From contig NC_017080.1 of the NCBI RefSeq assembly GCF_000284115.1, positions 210,001 to 242,000 on the forward strand: DNA of 32,000 bases, read 5' to 3'. Below the pieces are notes generated by a model. It was not told where the DNA came from. It made no database searches and saw only the letters and a program-made list of their open reading frames with translations. Below are positions 1 through 9,851 of this stretch, piece after piece; position 1 is the first letter of the stretch, and each line of letters starts with the position of its first letter. Source of the stretch: Phycisphaera mikurensis NBRC 102666 (GTDB lineage: Bacteria; Planctomycetota; Phycisphaerae; Phycisphaerales; Phycisphaeraceae). Made by a program: the position numbers and the translations under genes.

Positions 1-2
1 TG

Positions 3-728
3 CTGGACCGCCTCGCCCGCGAAGCGGGCTCGCCCGCCGCCGCCGCCGGGCGGCTGCGCGCCGCGGGCGTGCGGCTGCTCTACTCCGCGGGCGGCGTGCT
101 GCCGCCGGGCCTCGCCGCCGCCTACGCCGCGGCCGGGCTGCCCGTGGGGCAGGTTTTCGGATCCACCGAGGTCGGCAGCGTCACCTGGGCCCCGCCCGGA
201 GAGGACGCCGGCGTCGGCCGGGCGTTGCCGGGCGTCACGCTGCGGGTGGACGGTGCGGGGCACCTCCGCGTCCGCTCGCCGTGGGCGCTCGCGGGCTTCC
301 TCCGCGGGCCCGGCCGCCTGGAAGCCGCGTCCGACGCCGAGGGCTTCTTCGCCACCGGCGACCTCGCCTCGATCGACGCGTCCGGTGCCCTCCGCCTCGC
401 CGGCCGCAGCCGGCTGCTCGTCGACGTCGGCGGCCGCAAGGTGAACCCCGCCGAGGTGGAGGCGGCGCTGGGTGCCTGCCCCGGCGTGGCCGAGGCGGTG
501 GTGCTGCCGATGGTCCAGAGCGAGACGATCACGCGGCTGCGGGCCTTCGTCGAGCCGGCCGGAGCCGACGCCCCGCCGGCGGAGGCGGACCTCCGGGCGA
601 GGCTGCGCCGGACGCTCCCGCCCCACAAGATCCCGCGGCGTTTCCACGCGCTCGCCGCCCTGCCGCGGACTCCCGCCGGCAAGCCCGACCGCGCCGCGCT
701 GTCGCGGCTGGCAGACTCCCTGCCGTGA
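3..728 (+). CDS. AMP-dependent synthetase / acyl-CoA ligase family, C-terminal part (5' truncated by window edge)
   Basis: Frame open from base 3; contains VFGSTEVG, ATGDLA-type motif (FFATGDLASID) and C-terminal GRKVNPAEVEAAL...VAEAVV typical of the ANL superfamily; TGA at 726-728. Confidence 0.85.
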   Translation: MDRLAREAGSPAAAAGRLRAAGVRLLYSAGGVLPPGLAAAYAAAGLPVGQVFGSTEVGSVTWAPPGEDAGVGRALPGVTLRVDGAGHLRVRSPWALAGFLRGPGRLEAASDAEGFFATGDLASIDASGALRLAGRSRLLVDVGGRKVNPAEVEAALGACPGVAEAVVLPMVQSETITRLRAFVEPAGADAPPAEADLRARLRRTLPPHKIPRRFHALAALPRTPAGKPDRAALSRLADSLP

Positions 729-1522
729 AGCTCCTCCCCCACCCGCGGACCGTCGCCGGTTTGGCTCCCAAAGCGCCGCGGTCCGCGGCGGTGGCGGCGC
801 TGGCGCTGCTCCTGTCGCTGCCGGGTTGCCGCGGGCCGCGGGTGCTCTCGGGGGAGGCGATCGCCGCCGACCCGGCAGGGGGCGGGTCCTCCGCGGCGGA
901 GCGGCTCCACGCCGCCAACGCGACGCCGCGGGCGGTGTCGAGCTTCTCCGCCGCCTGCCGGCTCACGCTCGTGACGCCCGAGGGCGAGACCGTGAACCTC
1001 GACGGCGCGATCGTCGCCGCCGAGCCCGGGTCGCTCCGGCTGCAGGCCTGGAAGTTCGACCGGCCGGTGATCGACCTGACGGTGACGCCGGCGGGCCGCT
1101 TCCTGTTCGCCCGCGGGCAGGAAGTGCAAGGGGGCGTGCCGGAGGGCTTCGCCGGGATCCCCGCCGGCGGCCTGCCGACGCTGGCGCCGCTTCTGACGGA
1201 GCTGCCGGAGAGCGGGTACCAGACTCGGGGGCCGGGCCTCCTGGCCTGGCCCGCCGCCGCGTTCGGCGTCGAGGCCGACGCCACCATCGTCGCGACGCTC
1301 TCGCCGCTGGGCGTGCGGGAGCTGGCGATCGTCGGCCCCGAGCCCCCCGAGCTCCAGCGGATCGGCTTCGCCAACCACCGCGCCGTCGGCGGCGTCGCCT
1401 GGCCGATGGATTGGACCCTCACCGGCGCCCTCACCGGCACGGTGCTGCTCGAGGACGTCGAGCTCAACCCGCCGCTGCCGGCCTCGGCTTTCGAGCCGCC
1501 CGCCAGCGCCAGAGCCTTTTGA
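725..1522 (+). CDS. Predicted lipoprotein (LolA/LolB-like or unknown family)
   Basis: GTG start at 725 overlapping the upstream TGA (GTGA); hydrophobic N-terminus ending in lipobox LPGC; beta-rich body. Start inferred. Confidence 0.65.
   Translation: MKLLPHPRTVAGLAPKAPRSAAVAALALLLSLPGCRGPRVLSGEAIAADPAGGGSSAAERLHAANATPRAVSSFSAACRLTLVTPEGETVNLDGAIVAAEPGSLRLQAWKFDRPVIDLTVTPAGRFLFARGQEVQGGVPEGFAGIPAGGLPTLAPLLTELPESGYQTRGPGLLAWPAAAFGVEADATIVATLSPLGVRELAIVGPEPPELQRIGFANHRAVGGVAWPMDWTLTGALTGTVLLEDVELNPPLPASAFEPPASARAF
743..788. repeat. 46-bp palindromic element, copy A (inside lipoprotein CDS 5' region)
   Basis: CCGCGGACCG - 26 bp - CGGTCCGCGG; interior TCGCCGGTTTGGCTCCCAAAGCGCCG. Confidence 0.8.
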
Positions 1523-1563
1523 GCCCGCCGCGCCCGGCCCCCGCTGCCCCGTAGCGTCGCCTG

Positions 1564-2850
1564 ATGCTCACCCTCGCCGCCGGCGCCCTCATCGATCCCG
1601 ATCCCTACGAGATCGGCCTCCTCGTGCTCGGCCTGGGCCTGCTGATGGGCCTGCTCGTGCCGCAGGTGCTGCTCAAGCGGCCGGCCCTGCTCGCGGTCAG
1701 CTACCTCGCGCTGGGGGCGGGCCTCTTCGCCTTCACCGACCTCGAGGCGCCGGACATCCTCGACGGCGGCACCGGCCGGCTCCTCTGGGAGAAGCTGACC
1801 GAGGCGGTGGTGGTCATCTCCCTGGTGGGCGCCGGCCTCTCCATCGACCGCCGCCGCTTCCGCCACTGGGGCGTCACCACCCGGCTGCTGCTGATCACGA
1901 TGCCGATCACGATCCTGCTGCTCGCGCTGGGCGGCTGGCTGCTCGCCGGGCTGTCGATCCCGGCCGCGCTGCTGCTGGGCGCGATCCTCGCGCCGACCGA
2001 TCCCGTCCTCGCCGGCGACGTCCAGGTCGGCACGCCGAACTCCGAGGAAGAGCACCCCGTCCGCTTCGCGCTCACCAGCGAGGCCGGCCTCAACGACGGC
2101 CTCGCCTTCCCCTTCGTTTATCTGGCGGTTGCCGCCGCGGCGGCGGGCCTCTCCGCCTCCGGGTCGCCGGAAGGCTGGGCCTGGCTGGGGGAGTGGGCGT
2201 GGAAGGACCTGGCCGCCCGCGTCGCGATCGGCGCCGCCGCCGGCGTGGCCGTCGGCTGGATCCTCGGCAAGCTGATGTACCGCGTGCCGCGCGCCAAGCC
2301 GCTGGCCGCCAGCGGCTCGGGCGTGCTGGCGCTGGTGATCTTTCTCATCGCCTACGGGGCCACCGAGCTGGTCGGCGGCTACGGATTCCTCGCGGCCTTC
2401 TTCGCCGCCTTCATGATCCGCCGCGAGTCGCTGAGCCACGCCTTCAACCAGGAGCTGGTGAGCTTCATCCACGAGACCGAGCACGCCGCGATCGTGCTGG
2501 TCCTGGTGCTCATGGGCGGCGCCGCCTTGGCCGTCTTCCCCACGCTCACGTGGCAGGACATGGCGCTCGCGCTGCTGCTGATCTTCGTGTTCCGCCCGCT
2601 CGCCGGCATGATCGGCCTCCTGGGCTGCCGCGACGGCTGGCGGACCCGCGCCGTGATCGCCTTCTTCGGCGTGCGCGGCGTGGGCAGCGTCTACTACCTC
2701 TCCTACGCCTACGGGCGGGAGGGCTTCGAGGACGCGCCGCGGCTGTGGGGCATCGTGATCTTCGCGACCACGCTGTCCGCGGCGTTCCACGGGCTCACGG
2801 CGATCCCCGTGATGAAGTGGCTGGAGCGGAACGAGCCGGGCGAGGGCTGA
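1564..2850 (+). CDS. Cation:proton antiporter, CPA1/NhaP type
   Basis: Multi-span hydrophobic protein with LGAILAPTDPVLAGDVQVG and SEAGLNDGLAFPF motifs typical of CPA1 exchangers. Confidence 0.85.
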   Translation: MLTLAAGALIDPDPYEIGLLVLGLGLLMGLLVPQVLLKRPALLAVSYLALGAGLFAFTDLEAPDILDGGTGRLLWEKLTEAVVVISLVGAGLSIDRRRFRHWGVTTRLLLITMPITILLLALGGWLLAGLSIPAALLLGAILAPTDPVLAGDVQVGTPNSEEEHPVRFALTSEAGLNDGLAFPFVYLAVAAAAAGLSASGSPEGWAWLGEWAWKDLAARVAIGAAAGVAVGWILGKLMYRVPRAKPLAASGSGVLALVIFLIAYGATELVGGYGFLAAFFAAFMIRRESLSHAFNQELVSFIHETEHAAIVLVLVLMGGAALAVFPTLTWQDMALALLLIFVFRPLAGMIGLLGCRDGWRTRAVIAFFGVRGVGSVYYLSYAYGREGFEDAPRLWGIVIFATTLSAAFHGLTAIPVMKWLERNEPGEG

Positions 2851-2953
2851 GGGGCCGCGAACGACGCCTCCTCCGGCGCTTCGGCTATCTTGGCCGCCCC
2901 GCGTGGGCTTCGCCGCCTGCGCGTGCGTGTGCCCCGCCGCCCGAAAGCTCCGC

Positions 2954-3916
2954 ATGACCCCGCTTCTCGCCGCCGCCAACCCGATTTCGCACGTCGTCGA
3001 TTATCCCTGGGTCGTCACCGAGGTGCTCGGGGTCCCGGTGTGGATCCTCTCCAACGTGACGATCATGCTGGTGATCTCGGCGATCATCACCGCGGCGATC
3101 CTCATCCCCGCCGCCAACCGCATCGCCTCGGGCAAGTCCGGCTCCATCGACGACCTGCGGGCCAAGGGCCTCTGGGCCAACTTCGTGGAGGCCGTCTGCG
3201 TCGGCCTCCGCGACACCATCTTCAAGCCGCTGCTCGGCGATCAGACCGACCGCTACATGCCGGTGCTCTGGACGCTGTTCTGGTTCATCCTCGTGTGCAA
3301 CCTGATGGGCCTCGTGCCGCTGCTGGACCTCACCGCCGCGATCGGGAAGCTGTTCGGATACGAGACCTTCCACGGCATCGGCGGCACCGCCACGCAGAGC
3401 ATCTGGGTGACCGGGGCCCTGGCCCTGATCGCCGGCCTGTTCTGGAACGCCCAGGGCATGGTCAAGGATTTCGACGGCTACTTCGCCCACCTCACCGGCG
3501 GCGCGCCGGTGTACATGTGGCCGATCATCATCCCCGTCGAGCTGCTGGGCCTGGTCATCAAGCCCTTCGCGCTGGCCCTGCGGCTGTTCGCGAACATGAC
3601 CGGCGGCCACGTGCTGCTGGCGGCGCTGCTGGGCTTCGTCTACTCGCTGCTGAACGCCTTCCACCCGGTGGTCGGCGGCGGCTTGGCGATCATCCCGCTG
3701 ATCGGGGCCGTGGCGATCTACCTCCTCGAGGTGCTGGTGGGCTTCCTCCAGGCCTTCATCTTCGCCTTCCTCACGGGCCTGTTCCTCAGCCAGCTGGTCG
3801 TCCACCACGGCGACCACGAGCACGCCGACGAGCATGGCCACGAGAGCGGGCCGGATGCCGATCTCGACGAGCGCCGGCTGCCCGCCGACGGGCCCGTGCC
3901 CGGGGTGACGGTGTAA
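2954..3916 (+). CDS. atpB: F-type ATP synthase subunit a
   Basis: LLGLVIKPFALALRLFANMTGGHVLL signature; first gene of the atp cluster; ATG at 2954 chosen. Confidence 0.93.
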   Translation: MTPLLAAANPISHVVDYPWVVTEVLGVPVWILSNVTIMLVISAIITAAILIPAANRIASGKSGSIDDLRAKGLWANFVEAVCVGLRDTIFKPLLGDQTDRYMPVLWTLFWFILVCNLMGLVPLLDLTAAIGKLFGYETFHGIGGTATQSIWVTGALALIAGLFWNAQGMVKDFDGYFAHLTGGAPVYMWPIIIPVELLGLVIKPFALALRLFANMTGGHVLLAALLGFVYSLLNAFHPVVGGGLAIIPLIGAVAIYLLEVLVGFLQAFIFAFLTGLFLSQLVVHHGDHEHADEHGHESGPDADLDERRLPADGPVPGVTV

Positions 3917-4027
3917 GAAGCAAGCGAAGAAGCGAAGAAGAGAGAGAGCGAAGAAGTCGGACAGGAAGCATGACCGGTCCGGACCTCGCTGCCGACTTCC
4001 TCGCTTCTTCGCTTCCCCGCTTGTTCG
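3917..4027. repeat. Purine-rich/pyrimidine-rich inverted repeat element, copy 1 (atpB-atpE intergenic)
   Basis: AAGCGAAGAAGCG (3922-3934) complements CGCTTCTTCGCTT (4000-4012); GAAGTCGG (3951-3958) complements CCGACTTC (3990-3997). Shares a 29-bp block with 24055-24083 at 28/29. Confidence 0.75.
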
Positions 4028-4259
4028 CCTGCCCCGAAGAACCCACAACGCCACCTTCGAAGGGCGCTCCCGAAACCCGATCGCCGCCCTCACCCGAACG
4101 AAGCGTCCCCACCGGTGGAGTCGGACCCCCGTTGAGCCTCTGGCACCCGGACGCACCCCCTCCGGCCCGTTCCGACCGGGCCAGCGTGTGACGGCTCCAC
4201 GACAGACCGAGCCGAACCCCCGGACCCGCCCGGCCCAACGCGGGACGCGAGTACCCCTC

Positions 4260-4592
4260 ATGAAGAACCTCACCCGCTACGGACTGTTCCTCTTCGGCCT
4301 GTGCGCCGCCTTCCTGCTCGCCGGCGAGGCCGGCGCCCAGGTGCTCACCGAGGAGGTCGCCTCGGCGACCTACAACGGCTTCGCCAAGGCCGGCGCGGCG
4401 ATCGGCGCCGGCCTGGTCATCATGGGCGGCGGCAAGGGCATCGGCAACATCGGCGGCAACGCCGTGCAGGCCATCGCCCGCCAGCCCGAGGCCGGCGGCT
4501 CGATCTTCCAGAACATGATCATCGCGGCCGCCCTGATCGAGGGCGCCACGCTGTTCGCGGTCGTGGTCTGCCTCCTGGTCGCTCTGGGTTGA
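4260..4592 (+). CDS. atpE: F-type ATP synthase subunit c
   Basis: Two-helix hairpin with GGGKGIGNIGGNAVQAIARQPEAGG polar loop and IEGATLFAVVV; signal-like N-terminal extension. Confidence 0.93.
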   Translation: MKNLTRYGLFLFGLCAAFLLAGEAGAQVLTEEVASATYNGFAKAGAAIGAGLVIMGGGKGIGNIGGNAVQAIARQPEAGGSIFQNMIIAAALIEGATLFAVVVCLLVALG

Positions 4593-4607
4593 TCCCGCCC
4601 GGCGGGA
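4593..4607. other. Short stem-loop directly after atpE stop
   Basis: TCCCGCC C GGCGGGA inverted repeat. Confidence 0.45.
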
Positions 4608-4758
4608 GGAGACGCCGCCACGTTGTGGCCCACGCCTCCTGCCTTGAGCGCTCCGATCGCCTCTGCGGGCGCAGGCCGATCGGAAATCGGCGCCCGATGC
4701 TCTACCTTCCCCGAGGCCGCCCCCACCGGGCCGCCGCGGGCTTTCAAGCCGCCTGAAG

Positions 4759-5388
4759 ATGCGAGACGCCATGACCCCAGCCTTCCGACCCGCCTGCACC
4801 GCCATCGCGCTCGCGAGCTGCGCCCTCGCGCCCCCGGCCCTCGCCGCGGCGGGGGCGGGCGGGGGCGGCAGCGACACCGAACCCAATCTCTTCGCCGGCT
4901 CGATCTTCCAGTCGCTCGCGGCGATCGTCGCCTTCATCCTGCTGCTCTTGATCCTCCGCAAGTACGCGTGGGGTCAGATCCTCACGGGCCTGCAGGACCG
5001 CGAGAACCGCATCAAGGACGACCTGGACCACGCCGCCAAGAAGCACGCCGAGGCCCAGGCCGTGCTCGAGGACTACCGCGAGCAGCTCCGCGGGATCCAG
5101 GCCGAGGCCCAAGCCAAGATCGACGAGGCCCGCAAGGCGGGGGAGGCCGTGAAGGCCAAGCTCATCGCCGACGCCGAGGCCCACGGGGCCCGGCTCCGCG
5201 AGCGGGCCGAGAAGGAGATCGCCGCCGCCAAGGAGACCGCCATCGCCGAGGTCTACGAGAAGAGCGCCGTGCTCTCCACCGACATCGCCGCCAAGATCCT
5301 CGGCCGCGAGATCGATGCCGGCGCCCAGCAGGACCTCGTGAACGAGTCGCTCCGCGAGTTCGAGTCCCGCGTGGCACAGAACAACTAA
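4759..5388 (+). CDS. atpF: F-type ATP synthase subunit b
   Basis: Hydrophobic segment LAAIVAFILLLLILRKYAWGQIL followed by a long charged coiled-coil; N-terminal signal-like extension; position in operon. Confidence 0.9.
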   Translation: MRDAMTPAFRPACTAIALASCALAPPALAAAGAGGGGSDTEPNLFAGSIFQSLAAIVAFILLLLILRKYAWGQILTGLQDRENRIKDDLDHAAKKHAEAQAVLEDYREQLRGIQAEAQAKIDEARKAGEAVKAKLIADAEAHGARLRERAEKEIAAAKETAIAEVYEKSAVLSTDIAAKILGREIDAGAQQDLVNESLREFESRVAQNN

Positions 5389-5447
5389 CCGCGACCAGAA
5401 CCGTCGCCATGGCCGCCGGGACAAGCCGCGGACGGCACGGATGAAGG

Positions 5448-5471
5448 GGATGTTCCTCCCCCTGAACATCC
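5448..5471. other. Stem-loop in atpF-atpH intergenic region
   Basis: GGATGTTC (5448-5455) / GAACATCC (5464-5471), flanks extend complementarity imperfectly. Confidence 0.55.
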
Positions 5472-5560
5472 TTCCGGCACCGCACCCCACCGTGCTTCTT
5501 CTGAATCCGTGACATCCGTTGCATCCGTGGCCCGTCCTGCCCGAGCCCCCGGCCCCGCCC

Positions 5561-6166
5561 ATGCCTGAAACCTCCACCCAGACCAACCAGGTCGGCCGCG
5601 TCTACGCCGACGCCCTCATCGAGCTCGCGCAGAAGCACGACCGGCTCGACGAGGTGGCCGACGAGGCCCAGCAGCTGTCGGACCTGCTCCGCGAGCAGCC
5701 GCGGCTGCAGACGCTGCTGTCCAACCCCGCCATCACCAGCGCCGACCGCGTCGACCTGGTGGAGCGGGTGTTCGCGGGCAAGGTCAGCGACACGCTGTTC
5801 AAGTTCCTCTCGGTGATGGCCCGCAAGGACCGCCTCGACGAGCTCGACGCCGTGCTGGTGTCCGTGCGTCAGCGGGTCGCGGACATCCGCGGCGAGGTCG
5901 AGGTCGACGCCTGGACCGCCAAGGAGATGGGCGAGGACCTGCGCAACGATGTCCGCGACCGGGTTGCGTCGGCGCTGGGGGGCAAGGCGGTGACGCTTCG
6001 TGAGCACGTCGACCCCTCGCTGCTCGGCGGCCTGAAGCTCCGCGTCGGCGACCGCCTCGTCGACGGCACCGCCGCCACCCGGCTCCGCCTCCTCCGCCGC
6101 AACCTGATCACCGCCGGCAAGACCGCCGCCCGCGATGCCGCGGCAGTCTCCGGCTCCGCCGGATAA
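5561..6166 (+). CDS. atpH: F-type ATP synthase subunit delta
   Basis: [14 protein letters not shown]-terminus, [17 protein letters not shown], and C-terminal [27 protein letters not shown] typical of AtpH. Confidence 0.92.
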   Translation: MPETSTQTNQVGRVYADALIELAQKHDRLDEVADEAQQLSDLLREQPRLQTLLSNPAITSADRVDLVERVFAGKVSDTLFKFLSVMARKDRLDELDAVLVSVRQRVADIRGEVEVDAWTAKEMGEDLRNDVRDRVASALGGKAVTLREHVDPSLLGGLKLRVGDRLVDGTAATRLRLLRRNLITAGKTAARDAAAVSGSAG

Positions 6167-6239
6167 GTTGGCCATCGCCGCAACCCGCCGTTCAAGCCAT
6201 GCGCCGGGTTTCCCGGTGCCGCGCTGAATCAAACCCACC

Positions 6240-6277
6240 GCCTCCGCACGCAGACCGGGGTTCCCCCGGTCGGAGGC
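6240..6277. other. Long stem-loop in atpH-atpA intergenic region
   Basis: Nested complementarity: GCCTCC (6240-6245)/GGAGGC (6272-6277) and GACCGGGG (6253-6260)/CCCCGGTC (6264-6271). Confidence 0.6.
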
Positions 6278-6318
6278 GCAACCGCCCCGAACCTCACCCC
6301 GCGAAGCGGAGTCCCCCC

Positions 6319-7881
<1,563 letters not shown>

Positions 7882-7882
7882 G

Positions 7883-7898
7883 CTCCCGGCGGCGGGAG
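7883..7898. terminator. Possible stem-loop terminator/processing site after atpA
   Basis: CTCCCG GCGG CGGGAG immediately after the TGA; no U-tract. Confidence 0.4.
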
Positions 7899-7951
7899 GA
7901 AGGGGCATCCGGTCGCAGCGTGCCGGTCCGAGCCCGAGCCCGAGCCCGCGC

Positions 7952-7997
7952 CCGCGGACGGTCCGGGCTTTCGGGCGGGAGGGCCGACGGTCCGCGG
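7952..7997. repeat. 46-bp palindromic element, copy B
   Basis: CCGCGGACGG - 26 bp - CGGTCCGCGG; one mismatch in the left arm. Confidence 0.75.
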
Positions 7998-8217
7998 ATT
8001 TTGCTGCGAGCGTGCTGATCCGGGTTGGGTGGCGGTCGCCGGAGGCGACGCCCGCGGGGCCGCGGATCCGCCGCGTGTCCTGCGGACACCCCACCCCGCG
8101 AGCGGCGTGGCACCCGGGCATCGGGCCGCTCGAGAAAGATGTGCCGAAGGTCGAGCCCACCAGGAGGTGGAGGAACCCACCCCCGAGCGGACGCCCGCGG
8201 AGATCACCGGACGTGGG

Positions 8218-9753
8218 TCACGCGTAGCCGGGCAGGAAGTCCTTCTCGGCCTCGAACATCTCCATCGCCATCTCCCGGATCTGGGCCGGCGACAGCACCG
8301 CGGCGGTCAGCGGGTCGAGCAGCAGGGCGTGCACGGCGGCCTCCTTGCTCCGCTGGATGACCGCCGTCGCGGCGAGGTCGATGAAGGCCATGTTGCTCGC
8401 GCAGACGCGGGCCATCGGCGCCGGCAGGGCGCCGTAGCGGGTCGGCTGCACCCCGTTGCCGTCGACGAGGCAGGCGACCTCGACGCAGCCGTCGCCGGGG
8501 AGGTTGGTGATGAGCTTGCCGGCCTCCCCAGGCGAAGCCTTGGCCGGATCGGCCACCCGGTTCATCACGTTCCCGTGGATCCGCCACGGCGCGTCCTTCT
8601 CGATCGCCTCGATGATGAAGGTGCCGTACTCCCAGCTCCGCTTCAGGTCGATCTGCTCCTCGCCGCTCACCAGCCGGTCGCGGAGCGCGTCGGCTTCGGT
8701 CCGCCAGTGGGGCCAGTTGGTCGCGTAGAAGCGGGAGCCGCCGTCGTAGCCGCGGCGGAGCAGCGCCCGGCCGCGCTCGTTCTTGCGGTACCACGGCAGG
8801 TACTCGGAGAGGTGGCCCGAGCTCTCGGTGATGAAGGCGCCGAACTGCAGGCACATGTCCTTGCGGACCAGATCGCGGCCCTCGTAGGGCTGCTCCTTCT
8901 CCTCGCCGAAGACGGCGTCCTGGGCGTCGTGCACGGCGACGCCGGCCTCGGCTTCGGCGAAGCCGGCGGCGACCTCGGCCTCGAACTTCGCCCGGAGGGT
9001 CTTCGCGTAGAGGTCCTCGCCGTTTCGCTCGAGCTTGGTGAACCACGCCAGGTGGTTGATGCCGGCGCACTCCCAGCGGAGCGTCTCGTAGTCGACGCCG
9101 GCGTACTCGGCCAGCAGGTGGCTGGTGCCCTGCACGCTGTGGCACAGGCCCACGACGGGGACCTCGGGCACGGCCCGACCCGCGGCGAGGCACAGAATGC
9201 CCATCGGGTTGGTGTAGTTGAGCATCAACGCCCCGGGGCACAGCTCGCGCATGTCGCGGAGGGCGTCGAGGAACACGGGGACCGTGCGGAGCGCCTTGAA
9301 GAGGCCGCCGGGGCCCAGCGTGTCGCCGATGCACTGGTCGATGCCGTGCTTGAGCGGGATGTCGTTGTCCCAGGCGACGCAGTCGACGCCGGAGACCTCG
9401 ACGCAGCACACGGCGTAGTGCGTGCCGGGGAGCACCGCGCGGCGGTCGGTGGAGGAGACCACCTTCCACTTGTCGGCGTTGCCCGTCGCCTCGATGAGCT
9501 TCTCGATGACCCGGTGCATGCGGTCGAGGCGTCCGCGGTCGACGTCGACGAGGCGCAGCTCGCCGCCGGCGTTGCCGGGGATGAGCAGCAGGTCGCGGCA
9601 CAGCGTGGAGCAGAAGTTCGAGCCGGCGCCCAGGAAGGTGAGGTGGACGGGCCGGGGCATCTCCCCGGGCAGGCCGACGACCTCCGAGGCCTTCGTGTGC
9701 GCGGCGTGCCCGGCGGGGGCGGCGGGTTCGGGGGCTTCGAGGAGGGTCGGCAT
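8218..9753 (-). CDS. Glycoside hydrolase family 4 (alpha-galactosidase/alpha-glucuronidase-like, NAD/Mn dependent)
   Basis: N-terminal LTFLGAGSNFCSTLCRDLLL, MLNYTNPMGI, GLCHSVQGTSHLLA and GINHLAWF motifs of GH4. Confidence 0.88.
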   Translation of the reverse strand: MPTLLEAPEPAAPAGHAAHTKASEVVGLPGEMPRPVHLTFLGAGSNFCSTLCRDLLLIPGNAGGELRLVDVDRGRLDRMHRVIEKLIEATGNADKWKVVSSTDRRAVLPGTHYAVCCVEVSGVDCVAWDNDIPLKHGIDQCIGDTLGPGGLFKALRTVPVFLDALRDMRELCPGALMLNYTNPMGILCLAAGRAVPEVPVVGLCHSVQGTSHLLAEYAGVDYETLRWECAGINHLAWFTKLERNGEDLYAKTLRAKFEAEVAAGFAEAEAGVAVHDAQDAVFGEEKEQPYEGRDLVRKDMCLQFGAFITESSGHLSEYLPWYRKNERGRALLRRGYDGGSRFYATNWPHWRTEADALRDRLVSGEEQIDLKRSWEYGTFIIEAIEKDAPWRIHGNVMNRVADPAKASPGEAGKLITNLPGDGCVEVACLVDGNGVQPTRYGALPAPMARVCASNMAFIDLAATAVIQRSKEAAVHALLLDPLTAAVLSPAQIREMAMEMFEAEKDFLPGYA

Positions 9754-9851
9754 GCGGTGCGTCCGGGGAGGGAGGAGTGGGCGGTGGGCCCACGGGAGTT
9801 CAACCCTTGATCTTGACGCACGGAAACCGGCTTGTAAACCTGCATCCTGTG

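Noticed and set aside
529-2979. 816-aa minus-strand ORF opposite the antiporter gene
   Set aside because: Antisense shadow of a clearly coding plus-strand gene; Arg/Gly/His-biased sequence with no family motif, typical of very high GC.
7930-7947. (GAGCCC)x3 tandem hexamer near the atpA 3' region
   Set aside because: Short, low-complexity, expected at this GC; no evidence of function.
8029-9810. 593-aa plus-strand ORF
   Set aside because: Antisense to the GH4 gene, no recognisable domain.
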